A stretch of DNA of 64,000 nt, from the IMG/VR virus record IMGVR_UViG_3300010403_000705, positions 1-64,000 of that record, one strand, 5' to 3'. Positions 1 through 9,666 of this stretch are shown here, piece by piece. Made by a program: the position numbers and the translations under genes. Every line of letters begins with the position of its first letter. The stretch's first letter is position 1. Below the pieces are notes generated by a model. That model was not told the origin of the DNA. It was given only the letters and a program-made list of their open reading frames with translations, and ran no database searches.

Positions 1-252
1 ACATTTAGAACAGTTCCTGGTGAAATTTCAGAATCTCAGGTAGCTATTATTTATGATAGAATATTTTTATTTGGTGGTAGTGGCAGCAGTGTTATTTTTG
101 CTAATGCCTCAGAATTAAAATATAAGTTTGGATCTGTGGCTGTTGCGAATTATGGAAATATAACTCGTACGCAATACAATAATACGATTAATAAATTAGA
201 TTTGTTCAAAACATTAGGATTTGCGCCATGGAAAACTTCGTACGGTTCTTGA
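1..252 (+). CDS. 3' end of a gene running in from the window edge; Kelch/beta-propeller-like segment
   Basis: Frame 1 open to TGA at 250-252; SQVAIIYDRIFLFGG resembles a Kelch repeat. Confidence 0.5.
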   Translation, partial: TFRTVPGEISESQVAIIYDRIFLFGGSGSSVIFANASELKYKFGSVAVANYGNITRTQYNNTINKLDLFKTLGFAPWKTSYGS

Positions 253-260
253 TATATTAA

Positions 261-482
261 ATGGAGAAGAAAATGAAATATGATCAATATGATGAAATAG
301 AAATTTTTATTCAATTAAAAGAAGTAGATTTATATAAAAATGGAAAACTAGTTGCAATGGGTCTTCCATACATTTCTGATTCAAACCATAACTCTTCTTA
401 CAAAGAATATTACGAGGAATTATGTGGGGCTAAATTTCATGTTACTGTTGATAATCACACGATAAATCTAAAGAAAAAATGA
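261..482 (+). CDS. hypothetical protein
   Basis: 73 aa ORF, stop overlaps next start. Confidence 0.6.
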   Translation: MEKKMKYDQYDEIEIFIQLKEVDLYKNGKLVAMGLPYISDSNHNSSYKEYYEELCGAKFHVTVDNHTINLKKK

Positions 483-937
483 TATCAAGAAATTTAATTA
501 TCGAATGGCGTACAAGCATAGAACGTGCTTTAATGGTTAGGTTTCCTCCTAAAAATATGTATCTTGCAGAAGCTGCAGTTGAAATAATAAATGATCTTAA
601 ACAAATAGAAATACTAGGTCTTCAATCAGCCTCTCTACAGAAACAAATTGAAAACTTAAGAACCGCAAGAAATGAAATTTCTTCTCGTTTTCCTTTAGCT
701 TCCAAGGAAGAAAAAGAACTTCTAAAAAAAGAGGTTTATGAATATAAAAATAGAATTCAAACTTTAGAAGAAGAATATACAAAAATTGAGACACAATGCC
801 AACGGCATGAAAGTAGAATACCTAATATACCGGATGAGAATATCCCTTTATGGGAGAATATTTCTGATTTTGATATTAAATGTGTAAGGACTAATTTGAG
901 ATTTGTTAAAAGTCTGATTAACCAATTTAATCATTAA
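479..937 (+). CDS. stand-alone seryl-tRNA synthetase N-terminal coiled-coil (tRNA-binding arm)-like protein
   Basis: ENLRTARNEISS...coiled coil...RIPNIPDENIP matches the SerRS arm and IPN(I/L)P linker; no catalytic domain follows. Confidence 0.65.
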   Translation: MISRNLIIEWRTSIERALMVRFPPKNMYLAEAAVEIINDLKQIEILGLQSASLQKQIENLRTARNEISSRFPLASKEEKELLKKEVYEYKNRIQTLEEEYTKIETQCQRHESRIPNIPDENIPLWENISDFDIKCVRTNLRFVKSLINQFNH

Positions 938-995
938 GAACTACTCACGTTATCGACATAATTAAAAATACAAATTTTAGCATAAATGAGTTTTT

Positions 996-1757
996 ATGAG
1001 TTCCATTAAAGATAGTTTAGGAGATAGAATTAAATCATACGAGAATTCGTATAGAATTTCTCTGCCAATTAGAATGCCAATCATCGTTCGTGTTGATGGA
1101 AAAAGTTTTCACCAATACACCAAAGGGCTTAATAAACCAGTTGATGAAAGATTAGTAAATTGTATGAATGAAACGGCAAAATTTCTTTGCCAAAATATTC
1201 AAGGTTGTCAAATAGCATATGTACAGTCTGATGAAATTTCATTATTACTGAATAATTTTAAAACTCTAGAAACTCAATCATGGCATAATAACGTACTCCA
1301 AAAAATGGTAAGTGTATCTGCTGCTATGGCGTCTGCTAAATTTACTTCAATATCGAATAGTATTTTTGGCGCCACTAAGTTAGCTATGTTTGATAGTAGA
1401 ATTTTTATTATCCCAAAAGAGGAAGTATGCAATTATTTTATTTGGAGGCAACAAGACGCTACTAGAAATTCCGTACAAATGTTAGCCAGATCTTTATATT
1501 CACATAAAGAATGTATAGATAAAAATAATTCTGATTTGCAAGAACTTTGTTTTCAAAAGGGAATTAATTGGAATAACTGTCCAGTTTCCCAAAAACGTGG
1601 ACGATGTATTATAAAAAAACAAAATGTAAAAAGTGGTTTAAATCCAATTTCAGGTATAACACAAAAGGTTTTTCGTTCTGATTGGGCTGTAGATAATAAT
1701 ATTCCTATTTTTTCTCTAGATAGAAAATATATAGAGCAATATCTTAGTGGTTCTTAA
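996..1757 (+). CDS. tRNA(His) guanylyltransferase Thg1-like protein (3'-5' polymerase)
   Basis: RVDGKSFH, YVQSDEIS, FDSR, YFIWRQQDATRNS motifs. Confidence 0.92.
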   Translation: MSSIKDSLGDRIKSYENSYRISLPIRMPIIVRVDGKSFHQYTKGLNKPVDERLVNCMNETAKFLCQNIQGCQIAYVQSDEISLLLNNFKTLETQSWHNNVLQKMVSVSAAMASAKFTSISNSIFGATKLAMFDSRIFIIPKEEVCNYFIWRQQDATRNSVQMLARSLYSHKECIDKNNSDLQELCFQKGINWNNCPVSQKRGRCIIKKQNVKSGLNPISGITQKVFRSDWAVDNNIPIFSLDRKYIEQYLSGS

Positions 1758-1768
1758 TATTAATAAAT

Positions 1769-2287
1769 ATGAAAGAATTTTTACTAAACTCATTGGCATT
1801 GGAATATCCAGATTTATGTTTAGATTGGCATCCAAGTAAAAATTTACCATTGACTACAAAAAATGTATCTTTTGGATCAGGTAAAAAAGTATGGTGGAAG
1901 TGTCATATTTGTAGTCATGAGTGGAAGGCTTATATTTCTAATAGAAGGAAACAGTATAAGAACCCAAATCAAAAAGGTACAGCCTGTCCTAATTGTGTAG
2001 GTAAAATATTTAATAAGAATAATTCTTTTGCAACACGTAATCCTGATTTAGTCAAAGAATGGCACCCAATTAAAAATTCTGTATCTCCAAATAATATTAT
2101 TTCATCTGATAAAAATAAATATTGGTGGGTATGTTTTGTGTGCAAAAATGAATGGCAAGCCACCGCGAACAGTAGAGATCATGGTGCCGGCTGTCCTTTA
2201 TGTGCAGAGTTTAAAAATAGAACATTAACTACTGCTAAAAAATGGAAGTCATTAAATCGAAACTTGATACTAAAACCTGATATATGA
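1769..2287 (+). CDS. zinc-ribbon (treble-clef, DUF4379-like) repeat protein
   Basis: Two repeats of SLA..P....EWHP.KN...K.WW.C..C..EW.A....R...G..CP.C. Confidence 0.75.
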   Translation: MKEFLLNSLALEYPDLCLDWHPSKNLPLTTKNVSFGSGKKVWWKCHICSHEWKAYISNRRKQYKNPNQKGTACPNCVGKIFNKNNSFATRNPDLVKEWHPIKNSVSPNNIISSDKNKYWWVCFVCKNEWQATANSRDHGAGCPLCAEFKNRTLTTAKKWKSLNRNLILKPDI

Positions 2288-2366
2288 ATAATATGCCAAA
2301 ATGATAGTAAAATTTAAAGATCTTGCATTCATCTAGACATAAATTGTTAAATTATTATAGAAAATT

Positions 2367-2762
2367 ATGACAATAAAATGTAGAAGTTGCAAACTTGCCC
2401 AAGACATATACCCATCATATTATACCGTATCTTGTGAAAAGATATCCATTAATTTTAATTGTTTGATGTGTGATTCAAAAAACAATGTAAGATATCATCC
2501 TCCTGACGATTTCTTTGCAGGAATAACATTTGAATGTGATGAATGTCATAATTATATTCAATATTATAATGATAACGAATCACCTTTGTATAAAGAAGAA
2601 TTTTATATTGAAGATCTACTTATTATAAATGATCGGGACCATGATTGTACGTTTGTTTCTAATTGTACAAAATACATGTCACCTGTTGAAATTCCATTTA
2701 TTGAATTTGTAAATAAAAGTTCTTTTCTTAAAAGAATTAAAAATGTTCTTGTATTTGCGTAA
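2367..2762 (+). CDS. hypothetical CxxC protein with C-terminal F-x tail
   Basis: Three CxxC pairs; ends KRIKNVLVFA. Confidence 0.7.
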   Translation: MTIKCRSCKLAQDIYPSYYTVSCEKISINFNCLMCDSKNNVRYHPPDDFFAGITFECDECHNYIQYYNDNESPLYKEEFYIEDLLIINDRDHDCTFVSNCTKYMSPVEIPFIEFVNKSSFLKRIKNVLVFA

Positions 2763-2853
2763 TTTATAATAAAATGTTAATAAACAAAATACAATATTAA
2801 AAAAGTTAATATATCTGGTAGTTTAGCATTTATTTAATTTAGGAATCTTAATT

Positions 2854-4749
2854 ATGTCACAACAACGCGTTAAAGAGCTTGAAGATAAAATTATTAAAGC
2901 TCGTCACGATTATTATAATAATCAACCAATAGTTTCAGATAAAATTTATGATGCCTGGGTTGATGAGCTTAAATTATTATCTCCAAATAGTTTAGCAGTA
3001 GTAACAGTGGGTTCACCAGTAATATCTAGTGAATGGAAAAAAGCAAAACATCAAATCCCTATGGGATCTTTAGATAAAGTAAATCTTCCAACTGAATTAG
3101 ATAAATGGGCAAAAGATAATGCGTTAGGAGAAGCTTTATGGGTTGTAGAAAAATTGGATGGACTGAGTATTGAGCTCATTTATGAGCGTGGCAACTTAAT
3201 ACAAGCTATTACAAGAGGAGACGGTATTATTGGTGAAGATATTACTGCAAATGTTATTAAAATGAATGGAGTTTTTAGAGAGTTATATAATTTCTCTACA
3301 AATACTGCAAGTCATTTTAATGGATCTCTTCGTGGTGAAATTATTATGGCAAAGTCTATTCACCGGAAATATTTTGCTGATAAGGCTAATCCACGTAATG
3401 CTGCATCAGGGGTATCTAAAAGGCTTGATGGTATAGGAAGTGAACATCTAAGCATTCTGTTTTACCAAGTATTGGGAGATAAAGATTTTGCGACTGAAGA
3501 AGAGCAATTTTTCTGGTTAACCACACACAAGTTATTAACTCCAAATTTTTGGTTATTTTCTACCTCCGAAGAAGTTAATAAACATTGGAGAACTTATCAG
3601 GATGTTAAACGTAATAATTTGGATTATGATATCGATGGCTTAGTAATTAGAATTAATAATTTAGATGTGCAAGTCGCTTTAGGAGAAAAAGATTTAAGAC
3701 CGAAAGGTGCGATGGCGTTTAAGTTTGATAATGAAGCGAGAGAAACTATTATTCGTGTTATCGAATGGCAAGTTGGAAATAGTGGAAGACTTACACCAGT
3801 AGCTACTATGGATCCAGTTTCTTTAGTTGGGGTATCTGTTAGCAGAGCAAGTTTATATAATTTAGCTTACGTACAATCACTGGCTATAGATGTAGGTGCT
3901 ACAGTTTTAGTTTCGCGTGCTAACGATGTTATTCCTAGGGTGGAAGAGTTAATTAAAGGAACGGGAACAGTTGCAAAGCCGCCCGATAATTGTCCCGCCT
4001 GTAATCATAAGGTAGAAATAATTGGAGAAAATATTCAATGTCCAAATTCTTTGACTTGTCCAACACAAGTGGTAGGTAGAATTAAGAATTGGATTAAAGA
4101 GCTTAATTTATTGGAGTGGGGAGATACTCTTATTGAAAGATTAGTACAATCAGGTAAAGTAACAAAAGTATCTGATTTGTATAAATTATCAATAGATGAT
4201 TTAGCATCTATTGAGAGAATGGGCAAAAAATCTGCTCAAAAATGTTATGATATCTTATGGCAATCTTCTGAGATACCTCTTGAAGTTTTTTTAGGTGCAC
4301 TTAGTATACCTATGATTGGTAGTGCTACAATTAAATTAATTATGCAAGCAGGTTGTGATACACTAGAAAAATTTGGGCAATTACATGATTCTCATTTTGA
4401 ACAAGTGCCTGGAGTTGGACCAATCAAAGCAAAATTTTTGGCGGATGGATTAAAAACCAACCAATCTCTTATTTTAGAATTATTAAACAATGGAGTTAAG
4501 ATTAAGCCTATTGTTATTGGTGCGTTAACTAATAAATCTATTTGTTTTACTGGTTCGATGAATATCAAGAGACCAATCTTGGAGAAAATGGCAATAGATG
4601 CTGGCGCCAGTGTAAAAAATACAGTAGGCAAAGGTCTTACTTATTTAGTTATTGCAGATCCAAATAGCATGAGTACTAAAGCAGTAGTTGCTCGCAAGCT
4701 AGGTACTATTCTTTTATCAGAAAATGATTTTTTACGGATGGTTAAATGA
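2854..4749 (+). CDS. ligA: NAD-dependent DNA ligase
   Basis: KLDG adenylation motif, TRGDG..GED, NPRNAA, Zn finger, HhH, C-terminal BRCT (ICFTG...KARKLG). Confidence 0.97.
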   Translation: MSQQRVKELEDKIIKARHDYYNNQPIVSDKIYDAWVDELKLLSPNSLAVVTVGSPVISSEWKKAKHQIPMGSLDKVNLPTELDKWAKDNALGEALWVVEKLDGLSIELIYERGNLIQAITRGDGIIGEDITANVIKMNGVFRELYNFSTNTASHFNGSLRGEIIMAKSIHRKYFADKANPRNAASGVSKRLDGIGSEHLSILFYQVLGDKDFATEEEQFFWLTTHKLLTPNFWLFSTSEEVNKHWRTYQDVKRNNLDYDIDGLVIRINNLDVQVALGEKDLRPKGAMAFKFDNEARETIIRVIEWQVGNSGRLTPVATMDPVSLVGVSVSRASLYNLAYVQSLAIDVGATVLVSRANDVIPRVEELIKGTGTVAKPPDNCPACNHKVEIIGENIQCPNSLTCPTQVVGRIKNWIKELNLLEWGDTLIERLVQSGKVTKVSDLYKLSIDDLASIERMGKKSAQKCYDILWQSSEIPLEVFLGALSIPMIGSATIKLIMQAGCDTLEKFGQLHDSHFEQVPGVGPIKAKFLADGLKTNQSLILELLNNGVKIKPIVIGALTNKSICFTGSMNIKRPILEKMAIDAGASVKNTVGKGLTYLVIADPNSMSTKAVVARKLGTILLSENDFLRMVK

Positions 4750-5603
4750 AATTATCAGTTCTTAATTCACAAATTGATCCTTCTGTTAATTTTGTAGAAC
4801 AACAATTGATAGGGTTTTTAGAGTCACGTTTTGTTAGAAAATGTGATGAATATTTTATTACCTATTTATCATCACAGACTGGATGTAATCGTGGCTGTAC
4901 ATTTTGCCATTTAACTGCTACTAATCAATTATCATTTATTGATTCTAGTCATAATGATTTTATGGCTCAGGCTATTCAAATATTTAAGCATTATCGTAAT
5001 CAGAGAAATCCTGCTAAATATATGCACTATAATTTTATGGCAAGAGGTGAACCTCTTGCAAATAAAATTTTATTAGAATCTGGCGATGATCTTTTGTGTA
5101 AACTGGGACAAATTGCAAAAGATGAAGGATTACCAGCCAAATTTAACATATCGACCATTATGCCAGTATCATTAAAAACATCTTTAATAAAAGTGTTTAA
5201 TTATACTAGTCCTACTATTTATTATTCTTTGTATTCTACAAATACTGAATGGCGTAAAAAATGGATGCCAGCAGCTATGGATGTTAATGATGCTTTATTA
5301 AGATTAAAAGAATATCAAGATTTTTCTAAAAAAATAGTTAAAATACATTTTCCCTTTATTGCTGGTGAAAATGATTCTATTGAAGACATAAATAATATGT
5401 GTGATATGATAGAAAAAACAAATCTTATTTGTGAGTTTAATTTAATAAGGTATAATCCAGCTTCATTAGATCAAGGCATTGAAAGCTCAATAGAAGTCCT
5501 TGAGCGAAATACAGCCATTTTGTCTGAGAGATTTAACACAAAAGTGCAGATTATTCCTCGTGTTGGATTTGATGTAAAAGCATCTTGTGGGATGTTTGTT
5601 TAG
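4746..5603 (+). CDS. RlmN/Cfr-like radical SAM RNA methyltransferase (short form)
   Basis: SSQTGCNRGCTFC, FMARGEPL, NLIRYN, terminal ASCG. Confidence 0.85.
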   Translation: MKLSVLNSQIDPSVNFVEQQLIGFLESRFVRKCDEYFITYLSSQTGCNRGCTFCHLTATNQLSFIDSSHNDFMAQAIQIFKHYRNQRNPAKYMHYNFMARGEPLANKILLESGDDLLCKLGQIAKDEGLPAKFNISTIMPVSLKTSLIKVFNYTSPTIYYSLYSTNTEWRKKWMPAAMDVNDALLRLKEYQDFSKKIVKIHFPFIAGENDSIEDINNMCDMIEKTNLICEFNLIRYNPASLDQGIESSIEVLERNTAILSERFNTKVQIIPRVGFDVKASCGMFV

Positions 5604-5635
5604 ATAACATAAACCCAAAATAAGTAGTAGAATTT

Positions 5636-5980
5636 ATGGATATAAGCAATAAAAATTGGAAATGTATTTTTTGTAATACAGAAAATAGCATACAAATGTA
5701 TATCTCTAAATGCGATAACTGTGATGTTGAGTATTTTGTTACGCACATTGAGCCCACATGTGTTGAGTGGGAACTAAGATCTATTACTTATAATTTTTTT
5801 GATTCCAATTATATTCATTTAATTCTGGATATTGTTGGTAACAGAACTATTCTTTGGATTAAAACAAATATTTTTTTGGAAGCATATAAAATAGAAATTC
5901 CTTATGTTTTTCCATTGATGTCTCCGGAGAAAGCAATACTTTTAGCAAAGAAAATAGATGATATGAAAGTATTCTCTTAG
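5636..5980 (+). CDS. hypothetical CxxC protein with C-terminal F-x tail
   Basis: CIFC/CDNC; ends KKIDDMKVFS. Confidence 0.7.
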   Translation: MDISNKNWKCIFCNTENSIQMYISKCDNCDVEYFVTHIEPTCVEWELRSITYNFFDSNYIHLILDIVGNRTILWIKTNIFLEAYKIEIPYVFPLMSPEKAILLAKKIDDMKVFS

Positions 5981-6019
5981 ATAGGATAATTTTAATTTCT
6001 CTGTAATTTACATTTATGA

Positions 6020-6283
6020 ATGAATAATATGAATGGTCGTTTTCAATTTGGTTGGATTATTAGGATTCTTTCTAAAGATAAACAAGGTTTTCAGGTTGAA
6101 CTTGCTAATCTTGGAAATGGTAAGCATATGATTGTAGTTACTGATACATTGTTTCCTCCTTCTAAAGATATTTATCGTCAAGCTGGATTTGGTCCATTTA
6201 TTATAAAAGAAGGCGAATCACTTGATAAGACTATTGATATACTTAAAAGCGATCTTCTTAATAGACGACGAAATGTAGATTAG
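6020..6283 (+). CDS. hypothetical protein
   Basis: 87 aa ORF. Confidence 0.6.
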   Translation: MNNMNGRFQFGWIIRILSKDKQGFQVELANLGNGKHMIVVTDTLFPPSKDIYRQAGFGPFIIKEGESLDKTIDILKSDLLNRRRNVD

Positions 6284-6309
6284 AAAGTTTTTATAATGGT
6301 ATTATTTTT

Positions 6310-7101
6310 ATGAAGAATAAGTATTTATGGTATACAGATACTCACTTAAATAAGGCAAATCCAATAACAAAGTACAAATTTATTTCTCATATTCGCCGTG
6401 AAAATCCAAAAGGTATTTTTATAACTGGTGATATTTCAAACGGAATTTTTACTCCTTTAGATTTGAGAATCCTAGCTACTTGGATAAAATGCCCAATATA
6501 TTTTATATTAGGCAATCATGATTATCATTTCTCATCCTTTGATAATACGCATCAAAAAATCAGACAAATTTGTAAGGAACATTCAAACCTTGTTTGGTTG
6601 ACTGAATCTGACACTATATCATTAAATGATGAAGTCGCTCTTATTGGAGTTGAAGGTTGGTATGATGCTAGTACTGGTAATACTTCTTACTTAAAGATTA
6701 CTCCAGACTGGATTTTGATTAAAGATCTAAAAAAATTATCTAACATGAATGATAGAATTCAAGCTTTTCAACAGTTAGCTAACAAAAGCTCTCAGTTAAT
6801 TGAAAATAAATTGCAAAGTGCGTTAGATCAAGGATACAAAACTATATATATTCTTACGCATATGCCACCTTGGAAAGAAGCGACACGTGATGTAGGAACT
6901 ATATTAGAAAATTTTTGGATGCCTTATAATGTCAATTTGAGATTGGGTAAGGTTATTGAAAAAATTATGAAAGATAGAAACAACAGAAACGTCATTGTTC
7001 TAGCAGGTCATATTCATGATCAAATAAGTATGAGAATATCTAGAAATATTTTTTGTAATGTTAAAATAAATGGATTATTATCAGAACAAATATATGTATA
7101 A
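6310..7101 (+). CDS. calcineurin-like metallophosphoesterase
   Basis: DTH, GDI, GNHD, THMPP, GHIH motifs. Confidence 0.9.
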   Translation: MKNKYLWYTDTHLNKANPITKYKFISHIRRENPKGIFITGDISNGIFTPLDLRILATWIKCPIYFILGNHDYHFSSFDNTHQKIRQICKEHSNLVWLTESDTISLNDEVALIGVEGWYDASTGNTSYLKITPDWILIKDLKKLSNMNDRIQAFQQLANKSSQLIENKLQSALDQGYKTIYILTHMPPWKEATRDVGTILENFWMPYNVNLRLGKVIEKIMKDRNNRNVIVLAGHIHDQISMRISRNIFCNVKINGLLSEQIYV

Positions 7102-7109
7102 AGCTATAG

Positions 7110-7190
7110 ACTAAGGATTTGTGGAATGATGAAACTTTGTCAAGGGGACGAAGGATCTCTTTAACCTTTAGGAAAGTCATTTTGAGTTAA
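7110..7190 (+). pseudogene. C-terminal remnant of an AlkB-family 2OG-Fe(II) dioxygenase
   Basis: Start-less frame reads TKDLWNDETLSRGRRISLTFRKVILS*, containing the RxSxTFR end motif. Confidence 0.6.
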
Positions 7191-7191
7191 T

Positions 7192-7791
7192 ATGCCTGCT
7201 TATGATGTTAAACTTACAATTAGTGAAGAATTATTGAATAAATGTACACAATTTGCAAAAGATTCAGTTAATACAAGTGCCGATAAATATGCTCGTCGTA
7301 ATCAAAGTAATATATCTAAAATTATAGAAGATATTAGAAATGGTAAAATAGCTGAAGAAGTTGTATGGTCAACATTATCAAAAATATATCCCAATCTATC
7401 CCAACCAGATTTTAATATATATGATAAGAAAAATAAAAATTGGAATCCTGATTTAAGAGATCAATCCATTCCTTTAAAACTAGCAGTAAAATCTCAAGAA
7501 ATAAAATCTGAAATAGCTTATGGCAGATCATGGGTTTTTCAGTATGGTAATGGAAAATTTGATTGTGATACTGGTGTTTTTGGCACAATAGACGATACTC
7601 ATTATGTGTCTTTTGTTTCGTTAAATATTCCTAAACGTACAGCAGAAATACATGCTATTGTAAGAATAAAATGGTTGCATGAAAATAAATTATTCAAACC
7701 TATGAAAATGAAAAATTTACAAAATAATAAATTAGCTGTTTACTACGAAGATTTAATAAAATTGCCAAATCAACTATTATACCATTTATAA
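7192..7791 (+). CDS. putative PD-(D/E)xK nuclease-fold protein
   Basis: GKIAEEVV...PDL...LAVKS pattern; directly upstream of a DNA methylase. Confidence 0.5.
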   Translation: MPAYDVKLTISEELLNKCTQFAKDSVNTSADKYARRNQSNISKIIEDIRNGKIAEEVVWSTLSKIYPNLSQPDFNIYDKKNKNWNPDLRDQSIPLKLAVKSQEIKSEIAYGRSWVFQYGNGKFDCDTGVFGTIDDTHYVSFVSLNIPKRTAEIHAIVRIKWLHENKLFKPMKMKNLQNNKLAVYYEDLIKLPNQLLYHL

Positions 7792-7901
7792 ATTTTATTA
7801 TATGAAAACTACATAAAATAATTGAATATCATATTTATGAAAAAGATAGTTAAAAAAGAAATTGTAACAATATGTAAGATTGAGAGCTTTTCAATAAAAT
7901 T

Positions 7902-8705
7902 ATGACAATTAGTCCTTTTAGGTATCCTGGAGCTAAAAATAAAATATTACCAATATTAATGGATTACATTGATAACATTTTAATTAATCAAGATCGTTTT
8001 ATTGATTTGTTTGTTGGTGGAGGATCTGTTCTCTTAGAAGTAGCCCGAAAATATCCTAATATTAATCTTTATGCTAATGACAAAGATTATTGGATCTCTT
8101 CTTTTTGGAAAATTGTCGCAGGAGATGATAGTAAGAAGTTATCGGAATTGCTGTCTATGGTTGAGGTTGTGCCTACGCTGGAACAATTTTATAAATTACG
8201 TGAGACAACTTCTATAGATGATGTAGATTGTGCCTACCGTGCGATATTTTTTAACCGCACTACATTCTCTGGAATTTTTTATAGTGGACCAATTGGCGGT
8301 AAAGAGCAAAAAAGTAAATACACCATTGATTGTCGATACAATTCCAAAAAGCTTCAAGAGAAGATTTTGAATTGTCATAAATTATTAAATGGTCGTACTA
8401 AAGTTTCTAACTTAGATTTTTCTCAATATAAACAATTTATTAATACAAATTACCCAATTTATGCTGATCCGCCATATTATATCAAAGGTCATACATTATA
8501 TATTCAATATATGAAAGCAGAAGAACATGAGAATCTTTCAAATCTTTTTAGATTGAAAAATAATTGGGTGTTATCTTATGATGATTGTCCTGAAGTTAGG
8601 AACTTGTATAAGAATAATACAATTATAGATCTATCAGCCCGTTATTGTATTAATGGAAAAAAAGATAATTGGGAATCTAAAAATGAACTAATAATATTAC
8701 CATAA
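7902..8705 (+). CDS. D12-class N6-adenine DNA methyltransferase (Dam-like)
   Basis: PFRYPGAK, DLFVGGGS, FFNRTTFSG, DPPY, WVLSYDD. Confidence 0.93.
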   Translation: MTISPFRYPGAKNKILPILMDYIDNILINQDRFIDLFVGGGSVLLEVARKYPNINLYANDKDYWISSFWKIVAGDDSKKLSELLSMVEVVPTLEQFYKLRETTSIDDVDCAYRAIFFNRTTFSGIFYSGPIGGKEQKSKYTIDCRYNSKKLQEKILNCHKLLNGRTKVSNLDFSQYKQFINTNYPIYADPPYYIKGHTLYIQYMKAEEHENLSNLFRLKNNWVLSYDDCPEVRNLYKNNTIIDLSARYCINGKKDNWESKNELIILP

Positions 8706-8727
8706 ACAATTTAGGAGACAAAAAATA

Positions 8728-9042
8728 ATGAATGGAAGTTTTTTTCGACTTGATGATTCATGGATAGGAAAAACAGTTTTATATGGTCATCAAATTACTA
8801 ATAAGCCAGCACATTGCAAAACCTGTAATTGTACGAATTATCAATTAGAATTAATTCCTGCTACTATTATTGGATATCATAAGCCAATGAGTGAGGATTG
8901 GGGAGGTGTATATCAGGCTGATCTTCGTTTATCAAAAGAAATTTTAATTAATGGCTATAAGACAACGGAGTTAAAATATATTACTGAAGCTTGTTGGAAA
9001 TCTAATGCTGCTTATAGTTGGGTTCATCCAGATTGTAAATAG
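8728..9042 (+). CDS. hypothetical protein
   Basis: 104 aa ORF with AGGAG SD; HCKTCNC. Confidence 0.65.
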   Translation: MNGSFFRLDDSWIGKTVLYGHQITNKPAHCKTCNCTNYQLELIPATIIGYHKPMSEDWGGVYQADLRLSKEILINGYKTTELKYITEACWKSNAAYSWVHPDCK

Positions 9043-9053
9043 ATAATACTACT

Positions 9054-9446
9054 ATGATTCTAACAAATAAGGATTGGGGAGTACTCTGCAAAGGTAAAAA
9101 GTTAAATGGCTTATATGCCGCTATTACTAATGATAAAAAGATCAAATTTTTTGATACAAGCCATTATGAAGTAGCTGGATCATTTTATAAGCCTCTTTGC
9201 TATCATTATCCTGGAATTTCACATTATCCTGGAGTAAAGTGTAATTGCTGTTGGAAAATGCGTCTGATAGATAATGTAGATAAGTTAAAAACGAAATATG
9301 AAATAAATTGGGAAAATGTCAATTTAGAAAACTTATTTTATTGGGAGGACAATAAAATAAGAGTAAAACGAGCTGCTTATTCTTTATTGGATAAAAGTAT
9401 TATTGATATCCTTAAAAAACTTAAAAAGATGAAAGCATTTTTATAA
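9054..9446 (+). CDS. hypothetical protein with C-terminal F-x tail
   Basis: Ends KKLKKMKAFL; short HYPG duplication. Confidence 0.7.
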   Translation: MILTNKDWGVLCKGKKLNGLYAAITNDKKIKFFDTSHYEVAGSFYKPLCYHYPGISHYPGVKCNCCWKMRLIDNVDKLKTKYEINWENVNLENLFYWEDNKIRVKRAAYSLLDKSIIDILKKLKKMKAFL

Positions 9447-9477
9447 GAATTCTCACAATAATAAAGAAAGTTAAAAT

Positions 9478-9666
9478 ATGAAGTATTTTTTTACTGAGAT
9501 AAAAAAATTGTTAATAAAGAGTTTTATTATGTACAAATCTTCTAAAAGGTGGGACAAAATGTCAGAAGAAGAAAAAAATTTTACTGAAGCCAAAGATGTA
9601 TATTATGAAGTTGCTGAAGAAGTAAATAATTCATTAAAAATGTTTTGTAATTACAAATATTTATGA
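9478..9666 (+). CDS. hypothetical protein
   Basis: 62 aa ORF. Confidence 0.5.
   Translation: MKYFFTEIKKLLIKSFIMYKSSKRWDKMSEEEKNFTEAKDVYYEVAEEVNNSLKMFCNYKYL

Noticed and set aside
1769-2287. Active homing endonuclease
   Set aside because: Only zinc-ribbon repeats are present; no nuclease domain was recognised.
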